Source: the human T2T-CHM13v2.0 reference genome, Homo sapiens
Reading direction: 5' to 3' (one strand)
Length of the DNA: 64,000 nt
NCBI RefSeq assembly: GCF_009914755.1
Contig: NC_060937.1
Shown here: positions 12,813 to 28,067 of the stretch, piece by piece
Numbering within the stretch: the stretch's first letter is position 1
How the letters are laid out: each line of letters opens with the position of its first letter
Notes under the pieces: model-generated
Database searches by the model: none
Told to the model about the DNA's origin: nothing
The model's input: the letters and a program-made list of their open reading frames with translations, nothing else
Made by a program: the position numbers and the translations under genes

Positions 12813-14610
12813 CTGTAAATAGAACTGCATAATCAGAGACAATCTTTGTCCTTGCAATCCTGATTTTAAAATATGCAATAGAATTTTTATTCTTGGTTTA
12901 AAATGTATTTTTTCCTTAACATTTTAGACTTAAAATCTTCAGGAAACTACTACAAAGCTACTAGAACTCATGAGTGAGTTTTAGAAAGATTGCAGGATAC
13001 AAAGACAATATACAAATTTGTATACTAGCAATGGGCAACTGAAGACAAACATTAAAACACTGTGTCATTTACAGTAACACCACAAACATGAAATTCTTAG
13101 ATACTATCAATGTGAACCACTCATATGCTTAAAACTACAAGCACTCTTGAAAAAATCAAAGGAGACCTAAATAGAGACATATACTGTGTTTATTAACACA
13201 AAGACTAAATATTGTTGAGATATCAATTCTGAACAAACTGATACAGAGATTCCACAAATCCAAATCAAAACCCCTTTAGGATTTTTAAAATAAATATCAA
13301 TAAACTGTTTGTAAAATGTATATGGAAAGTCAGAGGCACTAGAATAGCCAAAGCAGACAAAGAAGAACAAAGTTAAAGAACTCAGAATATTGCATTCCAG
13401 GACTTACCTAAGTAATCAAGACAGTGTCACATTGATGAAAGAACAGACACATAGATAAATGGGGGCAGAATAGAGAGTCTAGAAATAGACTTATACATAC
13501 ATGGTCAAAGGTAATTCAGTAAAGACAGTATAGTCTTTTCAATATTGATCTGAAATGATTGGACATTGATATACAAAAAGTAAATCTTGACTCACACCTT
13601 GTTCTTTCTATAAAAATGAACTAAAAATGGATCATAGGTCTAAATATAAAACACAAACCTATGAAACTTCCAGAAGAAAACATAGGGTAAATAGTTGTGA
13701 CCCTATGTTAGGCAAATATTTCTTAGATATGACATTAAAAGCATAAATAAAAATAGGTAAAACTGGACTTCAGAAAAATTAAAAACTTTTGTTCTGTGAA
13801 AGACACTGTTAAGAGACTGAAAATGCAAGCTACAGCCTGGCAGAAAATATTTACAAAACACATTTCTGACAAAGGACTCATATCTAGGACATATCCAAAC
13901 TCTCAAAACTCAACAATAAGAAAAACAATACAGTTAAAAATGGTCAAAAGAGTTGAATAGATATTTTATAAAAGAAGACGTATGGATGGTAAATAAGCAC
14001 ATATTCAACATTATTAGTCATTAAGAAAGTGCAAATGAGTTAATACCAGACATCTATTAAAATGTCTAAAAGCAAAACAAAAACTGACAATACTAAGTAC
14101 TAACAAAGATGTGGAGCAGTAAGGACTCTCATACATTGTCAATGGCAGTACAAGATAATATTTCACTTTGGAAAAATTTGGTGGTTAATTATAAAGTTAA
14201 AATAAACTTATCATATAGAGCCCACGATCCCATTCCTAGGATTTTACATCAAAGAAATGAAAACTTAAATGCTCATACAAAAACTTGAATATGAATGTTT
14301 AGAGTGGGTTTATAATCACCCAAACTGGCAACAACCAAATGTTCTTCAACTGGCTAATGGATAAACAACCGTAGGACATCCATACAATGCAAGACTATTC
14401 AGAAATAGAAAGCAATGAACTATTAAAACACATAGCAACATAAATGAATTTTTATTATTTTATAACAAGTGAAAGAAGCCATACTAAAAAGGCTACATGC
14501 TGTTTGATTTCATTTGTATGATATTTTAGCAAAACTATAGGTACAAAAAACAAATCAGTGGTTTGCTAGAGTTTGGGAGTAGGAGTAGAAGCTGCTAACA
14601 AGAGGAATAG

Positions 14611-15012
<402 letters not shown>

Positions 15013-15043
15013 TGAAAATAGTCAATTTTACTTTATATATATA

Positions 15044-17122
<2,079 letters not shown>

Positions 17123-18239
17123 TTATACCTCAACTTAATGAAAACATTTCAAAAATTCAATGGGAAAAAATAATATATAATTTTTCAAATATTAAAAAAA
17201 GCCAACTAGCAAAAAAATATGTGGTTAAAACTGAGAGATAAAACTCAGGACGAAGTGCTGGCTACATGGCTCTGAGTGGAGTGAATGCTTATGAGGAGGA
17301 ATCTGCTCCTGCTTGCTGTGTACCTTAGACATGCAGAAGAGGAAACACTGTCTTTCCAATTCATTACCTTTACAGAATCACAACCAAATCATCCATTCAC
17401 TTCATAAGCTCTCATAAATGTCATTTTGAGTTTGTTTGTTTTCTCGTCCAAATAACTTAGTCCTGTCATTTATGATTTGAGGAGTTCTTTGCTCTTCCAC
17501 CCATGTAAGCAAGCCCATAGTATTATTTTCTTGAACATTCAGAGATCATTTCTTAACACAAACCTATTTTCTCTTCATATAGAAAACACAGAGTGACTGG
17601 TTTGTGACACAAAAATATATTATGTATATACGTGTCTGAAGATTCAGCAAGCCTAGGATTAGGTAATTTACACACTATTTAATGTGCGTTGATCGCTCCT
17701 GTCTTCATAAGTTTTGCTAATCATTACTTTCCCTTTAAACTACTACCTTATTTATGTCAAATGCAGAATATACTAGAAAGAACATTGGATTTAGCATTAG
17801 GAATACTGGGTTTTAAGGTCATTTTGGCCCTAAACTAGCTGTATGGCCTTGGTAAAATGACTCATCTCCCATAACTAATCCTTATCTTCAGCTCTGACCT
17901 CTCTTCAGGGCTTTAATTATGAAACTTCAAATTCCTACAGACACACCACCTCTCAGGCAGCATTTAATTCTTCAGGAATATAGCTTTTCCTGGATCTTTT
18001 ATTATTACCCAAATTATAATTGTTATTTGCTCAGGTATTCACACCTCATTTCTTCAACTGAGTTTCTTCAACAAGATAATACGTTGTTTTAAGGGGAAGA
18101 AATTATCCATATATACATCTTTGTCTCCTTACACTATCTATCACAAACTAATAGCTTAAATAGGCCAGTTTGGTGCTACAATTACTTGAGTTCATACACA
18201 CGAGTTTGAGGAGATAATCACTTGACTTTGCAAAAAATA

Positions 18240-18610
18240 CAGCCAAGTTTGACACACTCGTAGTTTTTCAGAGCCTTCCCTCACCACACATGCTGAGCCT
18301 GCTCATGCTTCTTCCCTCTACTGACCCATCCACACCCCCAATCACTGTCTACATCCCCATGTTGTTTTAGCTTGACCATAGCATTTATACTCTCTGAAAT
18401 AAACTTTCCCCCTCCTTCTTTCTTTTTCTCACTCTCACTCTCTCTCTCTTCTTTCTCTGTCATTTTCCTAATCTAGTGTCCAAAGGCCCCTGCTAGGATT
18501 TAAGCTCCATGAAAACACAAACTGATCATGCTCATTAACAGTAGTACATTTAGAACCTGCACCTGGGTCAGGCACATGGTAGGCACTCAGTGAATACTTG
18601 CCGAATAGCT
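18240..18610 (+). mobile_element. L2 3' fragment
   Basis: ggcacatggtaggcactcagtgaatacttgccgaat 3'-end motif. Confidence 0.6.
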
Positions 18611-18687
18611 GAGCTCGCCCTTCAGTATAGTGATGCCTGTTGCAGACTGAACAGTGGAAAGAAACAAAAATACTTCACATGGTTTAC

Positions 18688-18769
18688 CTGCAAAGAGGTT
18701 CTACAAGGTCCTTTTCAAGAAAATCATGATCATTCTTGACAGCCACAATGTTGATGGGAAATTGTGAAT
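18688..18769 (-). CDS. STARD13: STARD13 coding exon (82 bp), second SAM-domain exon: (D)SQFPINIVAVKNDHDFLEKDLVEPLC(R)
   Basis: Acceptor cttctttgtctttctctctcag|, donor cag|gtaaac; the only open frame matches STARD13; phase 1 in, phase 2 out. Confidence 0.97.
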
Positions 18770-20065
18770 CTGAGAGAGAAAGACAAAGAAGTTGATGTAC
18801 TTTGTTTTATCTGAATGAGCACCAACATATTCAGACCTTCAAAGTCTGTAAAAGCCACTGATTTTAATAGCAGTGACTGCCCATCATCATTGTTGGGAAT
18901 GTTTAAGAGAGCAAAAAATTGCTATCACTGTAAATGCTTTTAGGAGTACAATATAAGTGCGAAATATGAGGATAGTCAAGTGCTTGACCTTGGATAGGAT
19001 TGAACACTAAGTGCCTGCATTTTTCTAGCTCATCCTTATTACAGTCTTAGGTGGATGTGGCCTCAGAGAAGAGCTTTTGTGCTTTCACCATCCACCTAAC
19101 ACGTAGGTCACTGGCGTCTATCTTGATGGTTTCACGAAATACTTAATTTGGCAGATTTTTTTCCTTCAAAAAGGAAATTTCCAAAAATACCCAAAGTTCT
19201 ATCATCTGAAATTTTTTTTAGTAGCAAAATCTTTATCACTCTGGAGTATCAGCAAAATACTCAAATTGATTCTATCCAAAAAGAATAATTCGAACATTAC
19301 TTCCCTCCAACAGACAATTCATGCCAGCTTTGAAGGTCACAGGCAATATTTAGAACATGGTGTGAATTCTGGGTACCTCGTTCATGGAGGTAGCAATCTG
19401 CAGCTCATTGGAATAGAGGACATAGCCAAATGTAACCATGCTGGGTCACTATCATTGACTTGCCACTTTTTCCTTTATCTCATCTTGTATTTTGTGCTGT
19501 CTACACCTTGCCAGTCATGATAAATCTAAGGGTATCTAAATTTTAGCATGAGTTGGAAACAGACATAATTCCCCTTCTGGTGAAAAAAAATCATGTGAGT
19601 GACTTACAGATGGTTCCAGAGTGAAGCTGTCTTGCTCGGCTAGTGAGGGAGGGAGGGAGACACTTGTGATTTTTTTTCATGGAAGGCTGCCTCTTGCCAG
19701 CTGTGCTCCTTCCTAGGGTCTGGTTTGAGGCTCCTCTCTCCTCCTGGGCTCTGGCACTCTCTTCCTTGGCCTGTCCCTTTGGGCTCATGGTAGTGACAGC
19801 TGTGCCACTACAAGCCCTGGGCTCTTGCACTGTGCACCGTTCCTCGTGGCCACCCCCTGTCCTGCCTGCACCTTTGCAATGAGCACTGTTAGAAACAAAT
19901 CCTCTGTAAATGGCCTTGAGCCTGCCACCTGCTCATTGTTGGGGTCCTGACTAGTTCATTACTAGATAAGGACAATCCGAGAAGAAGTTAAAAGCTTTGG
20001 TTATAACTTTAGATATAAGGGACATGAGTATGTCTATTAACTGTCAATTAAAGAATCAATGAAAA

Positions 20066-20375
20066 GGCTGGGTGGTGGCTCACGCCTGTAATCTCAGCAC
20101 TTAGGGAGGCCGAGGTGGGAAAGTCACTTGAGGTCAGGAGTTCGAGACCAGCCTGACCCACGTGGTGAAACCCTGTCTCTACTAAAAATACAAAAATTGG
20201 CCAGGTGTGGTGGTGCCCGCCTGTAATCTCAACTACTTGGGAGGCTGAGGCAGGAAATTGCTTGAACCCAGGAGGCGGAGGTTGCAGCGAGTGGAGATTG
20301 TACCACTGCACTCCAGCCTGGGTGGCAGAGCCAGACTCTATCTCAAAAAAAAACAAAAAAAAAAACAAAAAAAAA
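20066..20375 (+). mobile_element. AluS
   Basis: Dimeric Alu, A-rich tail, TSD aatcaatgaaa. Confidence 0.96.
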
Positions 20376-20901
20376 TCAATGAAAGGAAGTGTAATGCTAG
20401 CAATAAGACACCTTACCTAAAACTCGGAAGAATAACATCTGATTCATGTTATATCTTGACATTTTTCATATAAAGTAAACAGAATTAAACAGAAATTTCA
20501 GGATAATTAATTTTGTGACTTCTAGGAAGTTTTTTAACAGTGAGTTCATTGTGATTTCAAGAAAAGTGAGAGTAGTAAAGGAAAAACAAGGAGAAAAAGA
20601 AGGAAGTGCAGAAAAGCTGCTGATGGCAGAATGCTGGAAGGAAAACGTCGAGTTGGGGTTTGCGGTAAAGAGATGGGAATTAGTAGTGGGAAGCAGAAAG
20701 TAAAGTGGGCCTGGGAAGTGATATTCATTTCTAAATTGGTATCAGGATAACCCCTGGGCATAGCAAAAAGGCTGAGGGAAAAAGAAAGCGAAGCAAAATG
20801 GGCGAGAAAAAAAAATCTGGAAGTCAAAACACACCACAGGATACGTGTGGTTCATTTTGGATTTATTCTCTGTGTAAGAGCGAAGCGAAGGGCTGACGTA
20901 C

Positions 20902-20973
20902 CCTCATATAACTGAGCGTATTGCGGGAACCCGGCAGCACGGAGCCAGTCACATGCTTCTTTTGCCTCAATTT
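20902..20973 (-). CDS. STARD13: STARD13 coding exon (72 bp), first SAM-domain exon: (E)IEAKEACDWLRAAGFPQYAQLYE(D)
   Basis: Acceptor ttttatctctcttgtgtttttcag|, donor gagg|gtacgt; translation is the DLC-family SAM signature; joins in frame to 18688-18769. Confidence 0.98.
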
Positions 20974-22710
20974 CTGAAAAACACAAGAGAGATAAAATTG
21001 TGAGTCCCACAGCCGCACCCTAGTACTCTGCCTTCTTAATCATGGAGACACTGGTGAGCTTTGTGCAAGTTATTACAAAGCAAAATTGTTCCAGGTAAGT
21101 CTGCATAAGTAGGCTTACCCGGGAGTGGGTGGAAAACGAGCGGGTAATACAAAGGTCCTTGTTATGTGTCTGCTAAGATAATCTTCAATGTAGATCCATA
21201 AGTATGTGGATAATAACAAAACCACAGATCATAGAAGACAAAGGCTGAATTTCAGGCAGGGAAAAATGTCTTATTTATACACCAGGGAACCAGGGCACTA
21301 GGGGAAAAGAGGGCATTCTTCTTTACAATTCTTTTTTTTTTAATGGAATTTTTTTTTTAAGTTCCAAAGATTAGGCTAAAAATGTTTATTCAACATTCCT
21401 TCATTCTTTCACTCTTGGGATAACTTTAAGAAAGACTACAACTAGATTGCCTATGAAAATGTATTTTCTCATGAAAAAAAGCTAAAATCCAGTGTATTAT
21501 TGTTTTAAAAATTTCACTAATAGCCTTAATTCCCCATGCATTATAACAAAATGTTCATTAATCAAGCACATTGGAATGATTTCAAGCTGTAGAGTGCGGC
21601 ATAGAAGAGGAAAGTTGATTATTTGGAATTGAGACTTGAGTTTGAGGAGCCTGCCAGAACCTCTGAGGGCCAAGCCCAAGAGGTTGATATGTCCCTTGGG
21701 TGACCATTTTTGGTGTGGATGCACCAACAGCCCACCGGACCACCTGCCTGGGGAAGCTGTGGAGTGAGATAGGAGGAGTCTACAGTATGTGAACCAGGTC
21801 ACTTTTTGACCTTGTGAATCCTGGATCATTTCCCAACCACAACTCTGTTAGACAAATATGAATCCAAGGGGAAAGAAGTTCATCTGTTGAAAGTCCAGTC
21901 TCTCCAAACAAAATTAAACAGCCTATTATCACAAGTCTTTACCAAGGCCCTTTCCTCCGCTGTTAGGATGGGTCCCTGTCAGGTCATTGTATTTCCATTT
22001 ACTATGATGCTAATTTTTCCCCATAGCCAAAGCTGGAGTGTACAGGGCGTTCTTGGGATCACTGCACAGAAATGATCTACACTAACATCACCCTGGGCCT
22101 GCGATTGTACCTCAACATTGAAAGCTCAGTGTCTGTGCAGTAAGATGTTTGATGTGCCAGAGCTATTTGGTATATGTTAGGAAAATAGACCAAAGGCCAG
22201 ATCTTACTCAGGCATCACCAGGAAGAGCAAAACCCTACCGCCTAGTTCCACAGATCTGGTTAAATCTAGATTGAACTTTGTCATTAAATCCAAGGAAACA
22301 GAGCCTGTGGTGGCTCCTGCCCCGGAACGCCTGCCTCTTCTGTCATCCCCTAATCTACTGTTACTCCAGGGACTGATGATTTCAAAAGCTTGAGATTTGT
22401 CTCTTGTGTGAGGGTTTTCCACTTAAGTGTGACCAGCATGTTCCTACCATGTACCCATTCCTGCCATGGACACATGGTTCAGAAACATCCAGGGAACCAA
22501 GCTGGAAAGAAAAGCTATTGAAAGCATTTCTATCAGAAAAGGAGTCTCTGAGTTCCACAACTGCTGTTCAAAACACAGCTTAGCTGAATTGTGCTGCCTG
22601 GGCTAACTTGGGCTTTCCTCTGGGAAGGTACAAAAGGCAATTATTGCATTGCTCAAAAGTTCTATTTAGTACCCAGTTGAGAGTCTGTATTTGAAGGTTC
22701 CTACTTTGAT

Positions 22711-22921
22711 AACCACACAAGTATTTCAGAGGAAATAGGAAAACATACATTCCATCTGTAACGTGTGGAAAATGTGGTGAGTTGCTCCTGAGTCATGGAT
22801 AAAGTGCTGCCTAATAGATTTTCAAGCTCAGATTTGCTTCCCGCTCCCATATAATACAGCGGATAGTAACGAGAAAACACCTAATTTCTAGACATGCTCT
22901 AAACCTAATTATGAGTCAGCA
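22711..22921. promoter_or_regulatory. Candidate enhancer: RUNX, TEAD, AP-1 and ARE/MARE motifs
   Basis: AACCACA 22711, CATTCC 22748, TGAGTCA 22789, ATGAGTCAGCA 22911 in non-repeat sequence. Confidence 0.4.
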
Positions 22922-23261
22922 AGTCTTGGAGAGAAGCACAGAATATTATATTTTCTCTTGGCATTACATGAATCCTATGCCTTTTTCTGTTTTATTATTA
23001 CCTTTACTACAATGAAAATGTAGTGTTCAGCAAGACAGTCCCAGAGAGCCAGGCCATGAAGAACAAATGGGGAAGACCCACAAGACAGGGGCTCTGCAGC
23101 CTAGAAAGCTCAAAGACAGAGAGTGGGAAGTGACCTATGAAAGAGTTCGCACCCCTCCAGCCCAGGGAATGTGGTGAGCTCAGATCCTGAAGATGAAAAG
23201 GATAACATGGTGGAGAAGAAGTGGGCAGCCAGGAATCCTTCTAGAAAACTCCCTTTGGAAC

Positions 23262-23680
23262 ATCACGTGTTTTCACTAATTTGTGGGATCTAAAAATCAA
23301 AATAATTGAACTCATGGACATAGAGATTAGAAGGATGGTTACCAGAGGCTGAGGAGGGTAGTGGGGGCTGGAGGAGAGGTGGGGATCATTAATGGGTACA
23401 AAAAAAATTAGAAAGAATGAATAAGACCTACTATTTGATAGCACAACAGGGTAACTACAGTCAATAACAACTTATTTGTACATTTTTAAATAACTAAAAG
23501 AGTATAATTGGATTGTTTGTAACACAAAGAATAAATGCCCGAGGGGATGAATACCCTATTCTCCATGATGTAATGAGTTCATATTGCACACCTGTATCAA
23601 AATATCTCATGTACCCCATAAATATATACATACGCTTACTATGTCCCCACAAAAATGAAAAATTTAAAAATTTTGAAAAC
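23262..23680 (+). mobile_element. 5'-truncated L1MA2-like 3' end
   Basis: ttgaactcatggacatagag...gatagcacaacaggg...atgtaccccataaatatatac; TSD aaaactccctttggaac / aacactccttttggaac. Confidence 0.9.
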
Positions 23681-24809
23681 AACACTCCTTTTGGAACTTA
23701 AAATTCTGGTTGGACAGTGCAATGGGGCTGAAGCTAGCCAGGGAAATTTTATTTAAAAGGCTCCTCAGATAATAGCTGCATTTCATTTTTTATGACAGCA
23801 ACATGGATAACGAACTGAAATCCTATTCAGATACATACATGAATAACCAAATTTTAACCAGAACCCAGATAAATCAATCATTCAAATAAGATGATTTTTT
23901 TTGTTTGCTTTAATGGGCAGGCACTTAAACTTTTAGACCTCAGGCTTAAATGACAACAAAACTGCAATGAGTAAATATCATAAATTAGAAGCAGCCCTGT
24001 CCTAGCCATGGCAGGTGACTCCTCGTGTAGCATCATTTCCTATACCCAACTTGCCATTCTATTTGCCCAAATGTCTCTCAAACACACACCCTCATTTCAT
24101 ATTCCCCCACCCTAGCTGCAGTCCCAACATCTTGATACCTCAATTTAAGGACAAAGCCAACTCTCATTTACCAGCTAGTGACAAAACAAGCAAAATAATC
24201 TGGCATAATTAACCCCTATCAAATCTGAGTTTGCCCATCCAATTGAGGGGGGAAGGGTAAAAAAGTCTTACAATTTTTATTAATTCTTCATGGCCCCTAC
24301 TAATACCAATCAGCCAAATACTAATGCTTTTCCCCAGGCCCTTCCACTGGCCAAAATGACTGGAGAACTAAAAAGGAATCATTATTGCCAGTGCCATCAT
24401 TTCACAAAGATCTACCTAATGAGATTTAAATGACATTTGAGGAGAAAAGTGTGAAAAACTCTTTTTTATTGTTCTCTTGCTAGCCAGCATAATATTATGT
24501 AAAAGCATTAAGAGCTATTAAAATCACATTTTGACAGTTTTATTTGTTCTCCATTTGCTACCCTTACCCACCCCTGTAGCAGCTCCAGGGCTGCAAGGCA
24601 AAGCCTCAGCTCACTGTAGCTGTCTCATGGAAAACCTGAGTGTGGAGTGAAACCAGAGAGTGGACCTGGACAGAAGGGCCCACCAATCTCTACGGAGGTT
24701 ACTGTGCTGCTTTGCTGGTGAAAATCCAATCCATTCAGCTTGGTATTATGAAAAGATTTCTATGTAATTTTTGTAACTATTCTATGTAATAATTATTTCA
24801 TTTTACTCT

Positions 24810-25010
24810 CTGGCAGGTATCTATTTTTGTCTGTCCAACATCCTTCCCTACGTCTTCTGATAACGGAAACTCTTTCTGCAAGGAGCCTCTTCTACATGGT
24901 TTATGTAGGGCTGACGCCTCTTGCCTCCAAGCACACTCCCTAGCCCTATCACCACCACCCACATAAGGTGACCTGATTCTTAAGAGCACCCCATCCCTGT
25001 TAGTCTAAGG
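24810..25010 (+). mobile_element. ERVL LTR fragment (LTR33-like)
   Basis: tatttttgtctgtccaacatccttccc...cttctgataacgg...catggtttatgtagggctgac. Confidence 0.5.
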
Positions 25011-27669
25011 AGACCAATAGTCATTTGGGGGCTGAAATCAACTGGTTGAAAAGGGAGATATCCAGTGTTTCCACTGGTAGCCTGGTCTAGCAAACATTTT
25101 CACTGTTTTACTCAGTAAGTTCAGTGGTTGGTGTGGTGCTACCCGTGCTATTCAGCCATATATCTGCGATTCCACTTAAGGCAAAGTCACTGGCTTTGCC
25201 TCAGTTGCCTTACACATGCTTTGAGCATGATGTGACCACTATCCTCAGACAGACCCAGCAGAGGGAAGCTCTTGCTAGCACCTGGGGAGGCACCCACTAC
25301 CATGGGCATGAGAACAAAGGCACCGTGGAAACAAACCATGGCCGATGTGGGTTTTCACATGAACATATTATCATGTTTCTTAATTATACATGCCCAGTGT
25401 TGAAAACTTCCTAATAGAGAAAGTCACAATGAATGAAAAAAGTCAACTCTTGCCCCATTATGAACACCTAACTTTATATATGTTATCTGTCAAAACAGTA
25501 CTATGCTAATATCTTTGGTTGACTGCTTTTTTCACTTAAGAATACATTGCGAATATTTTCTTATATAATGATCTTATTTGTAAAAAAAATGGGAAATTTA
25601 CTTTGTTTCGAGAATGATGCTTATTTTTTAAATATTTGATTTTTGAATACTGCCAATTGCATTTCCCTGTAGGAAGATTATAACATCAAGGTAGCCAAGA
25701 GAAAAGAGTTCAATAGGACCTCACCAGTGTAGACTGACGGTGGAGAAGGCTGGAAGTCTATGGGAGTTAAAAGAGATTTACAAGCTGTTTCTTTAATGTA
25801 GTCTCTTAGCTACAGACAGTCTGTGGACAAGGCTCTGTAGGACCTCAGGCAAGTCAGGAAACATAGTGAGCACAGCAAATTTGCTGCCCAGGTTTGCAGG
25901 CCTCATCTCACATTACAACCTCATTGTATTTTTAAGCTGGTGTGTCTAGCGTGCTTCTAGCGTGCTTGGGAACAGTGTGTTCTCTTGGCTAAGCATTTTA
26001 AGTATGTACATTTTGTTTTACGTTTTTCTCAGCATAGCAAATACTTTTTCAATAGCTCACTGAAAGGTATTGGGTATCCTTTCTAAATGACCAAAAATTC
26101 AAATGAGGCCCAAATTAAAATTTATTATTATCAGACATGTAGCTGGCTAGAAAGAATCTGTTCTATTGTGGAAAGTTTATGAAATCATTACATACGAGCA
26201 CATGTATTTATGTTGTTCCTACAAATCTCCTTGAATTTCTATGGACAAACTGGCTCCAATTTAAATAGGTCTTCTTTTTTAAATGTTCGTTAAAAGTACT
26301 TAAGAGAAGTAAGGAAAAGAAAGAGTGTGATCGTCATGGGATTTAAGAAAAAGTAGGCTTGAGTAGAGTGTTTTGTCTTTTCCTTTAAACTGGCCTATTT
26401 GGTGGGCACCCTGTTTCTAAAAGACTACGGGTACCAGCATAGCAGGATGACTCAGCCACCACAAGATGCCTGCAGTGGATGAAATTATCACTATTAAAGT
26501 ATATCAAAGGTGTTAACATTTCAACGGGCTTGTGGTTGCTGGCTTAGGATAATTTATATGGCTAAGGTAGCTTCATTAGTAACTTTACTACTTCAGGAGA
26601 ATGACTCCTTTGTCTTCAGACAGAATTTCTCTAGTGAAGTCCGTATTTATTGAAGGTGTATTTCTTTGGCCATACATTAAGCCAGTTTTGTTAAAATCAA
26701 TGCCAGGGTATCCATCCCATCTATATATGGATACCAATGATGCAATCATTAATATTACATAGAACCATACGCTACCACCATAATCCTGCCAGGAGGGCTT
26801 TATAACCTTAGTGACAGATACAGGAAGGAATGTCAGATTTTTAGTAGTAACAGACTTTGATTTACATCCCATGGTATGGCATCAGGATATATCTTTTTGC
26901 ACTTTTAAAATTATATGTTAAGTTATTTTGATATGTAAAAGACCTTAATTGTATATCAAATATAATTTTTTCCTAATATTCATAACATTTTCTTTCCATG
27001 ATTTTCTAAGTTACTAAGAGGAACTAAAATACAGGTTATTTGGAATGAATTTGGGATTATTAATCACTGAATATTCAAAATAGTGGATCAACTTATAAAC
27101 ACCCACTTTATCTATCCATAATTTGAGGCAATCTTTTCCTTGATGTGCAATAAAATATCTGACTGTCAGCAAGTATACAGCAATAGGAAGAGGAAACCTG
27201 GAAGACCCGTATAGAGTGATCACGCTTACCTGTACTCAGTCAAGACAGAGACTCTCAGCTCTGTTTATGTGGACTTCTTTCCCAAACGCAAGAATGAGAG
27301 ATGTGTTGAGACATAAAATTCCTTCACCAATTCTACACATAAGCCTTGTTTCCTAGGCCTTGAAATATCTTCTGGAAGCTGGATTCATAGCAAATCTAGT
27401 CACTTAATTCCTATTAGAGTAAAAGAAGATCGAGCAAATTCTCCAGCTAAGTAGAGAATAAACCTAAGCAGGTTTATTCCTCGTCACTCAAGGGTTATTT
27501 TTAATCAGTCTTTTTCAGCCTGGTTGGGGAAACCATAGATATTACGACATATGACATATACGTAAACAAATACGTTACACATATTTACTGTTAATTTTTA
27601 ATTAGCCTTAAATATATAATTAACATATATATATACTATATAGTCACACACACTTATGCATTTTTTTTT

Positions 27670-28067
27670 CTTTGTATGCCCACAGTGACGCCCTGCCCTT
27701 TCCAGCTGCCATGTGCAGTTCTCCTGCAACTAGGAGGCATACCCTTCCCACCTCACTAATGTTATGCTTGGCCATATGACCCACTTTGGCCAATTAAATG
27801 TGAACAGATGTGACCTGTGCTAGTTTCAGAAAAACATCTCAAGAGCCATCCCCTAACCCAACCACCTTTCCTGCTCTTTTCCCTTTACCATGAGGCTAAG
27901 AGATATTCCTTCAGCCTAGGTATTGGAATGATGACACTGGGGACAGAGAAACAGCAGACCAGCTGCTGACATGTAATATAAGCAATAAATACACTTGTTT
28001 TATGCCACTACAACTTGAGGGGCAATTTGTTCAAGTGGCATAATCTAGCGTAAGCTAATGTAACACA
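27670..28067 (+). mobile_element. MLT1 (I/J-like) MaLR solo LTR
   Basis: cttggccatatgacccactttggccaat...atgtaatataagcaataaatacacttgtt...taagctaatgtaacaca. Confidence 0.8.

Noticed and set aside
21119-21200. Strong minus-strand donor cgg|gtaagc 145 nt upstream of the SAM exon acceptor
   Set aside because: No acceptor, promoter signal or open frame to support an exon
26588-26872. 94-aa minus ORF with a hydrophobic stretch
   Set aside because: No recognisable homology, splice sites or processed-pseudogene hallmarks (polyA/TSD)
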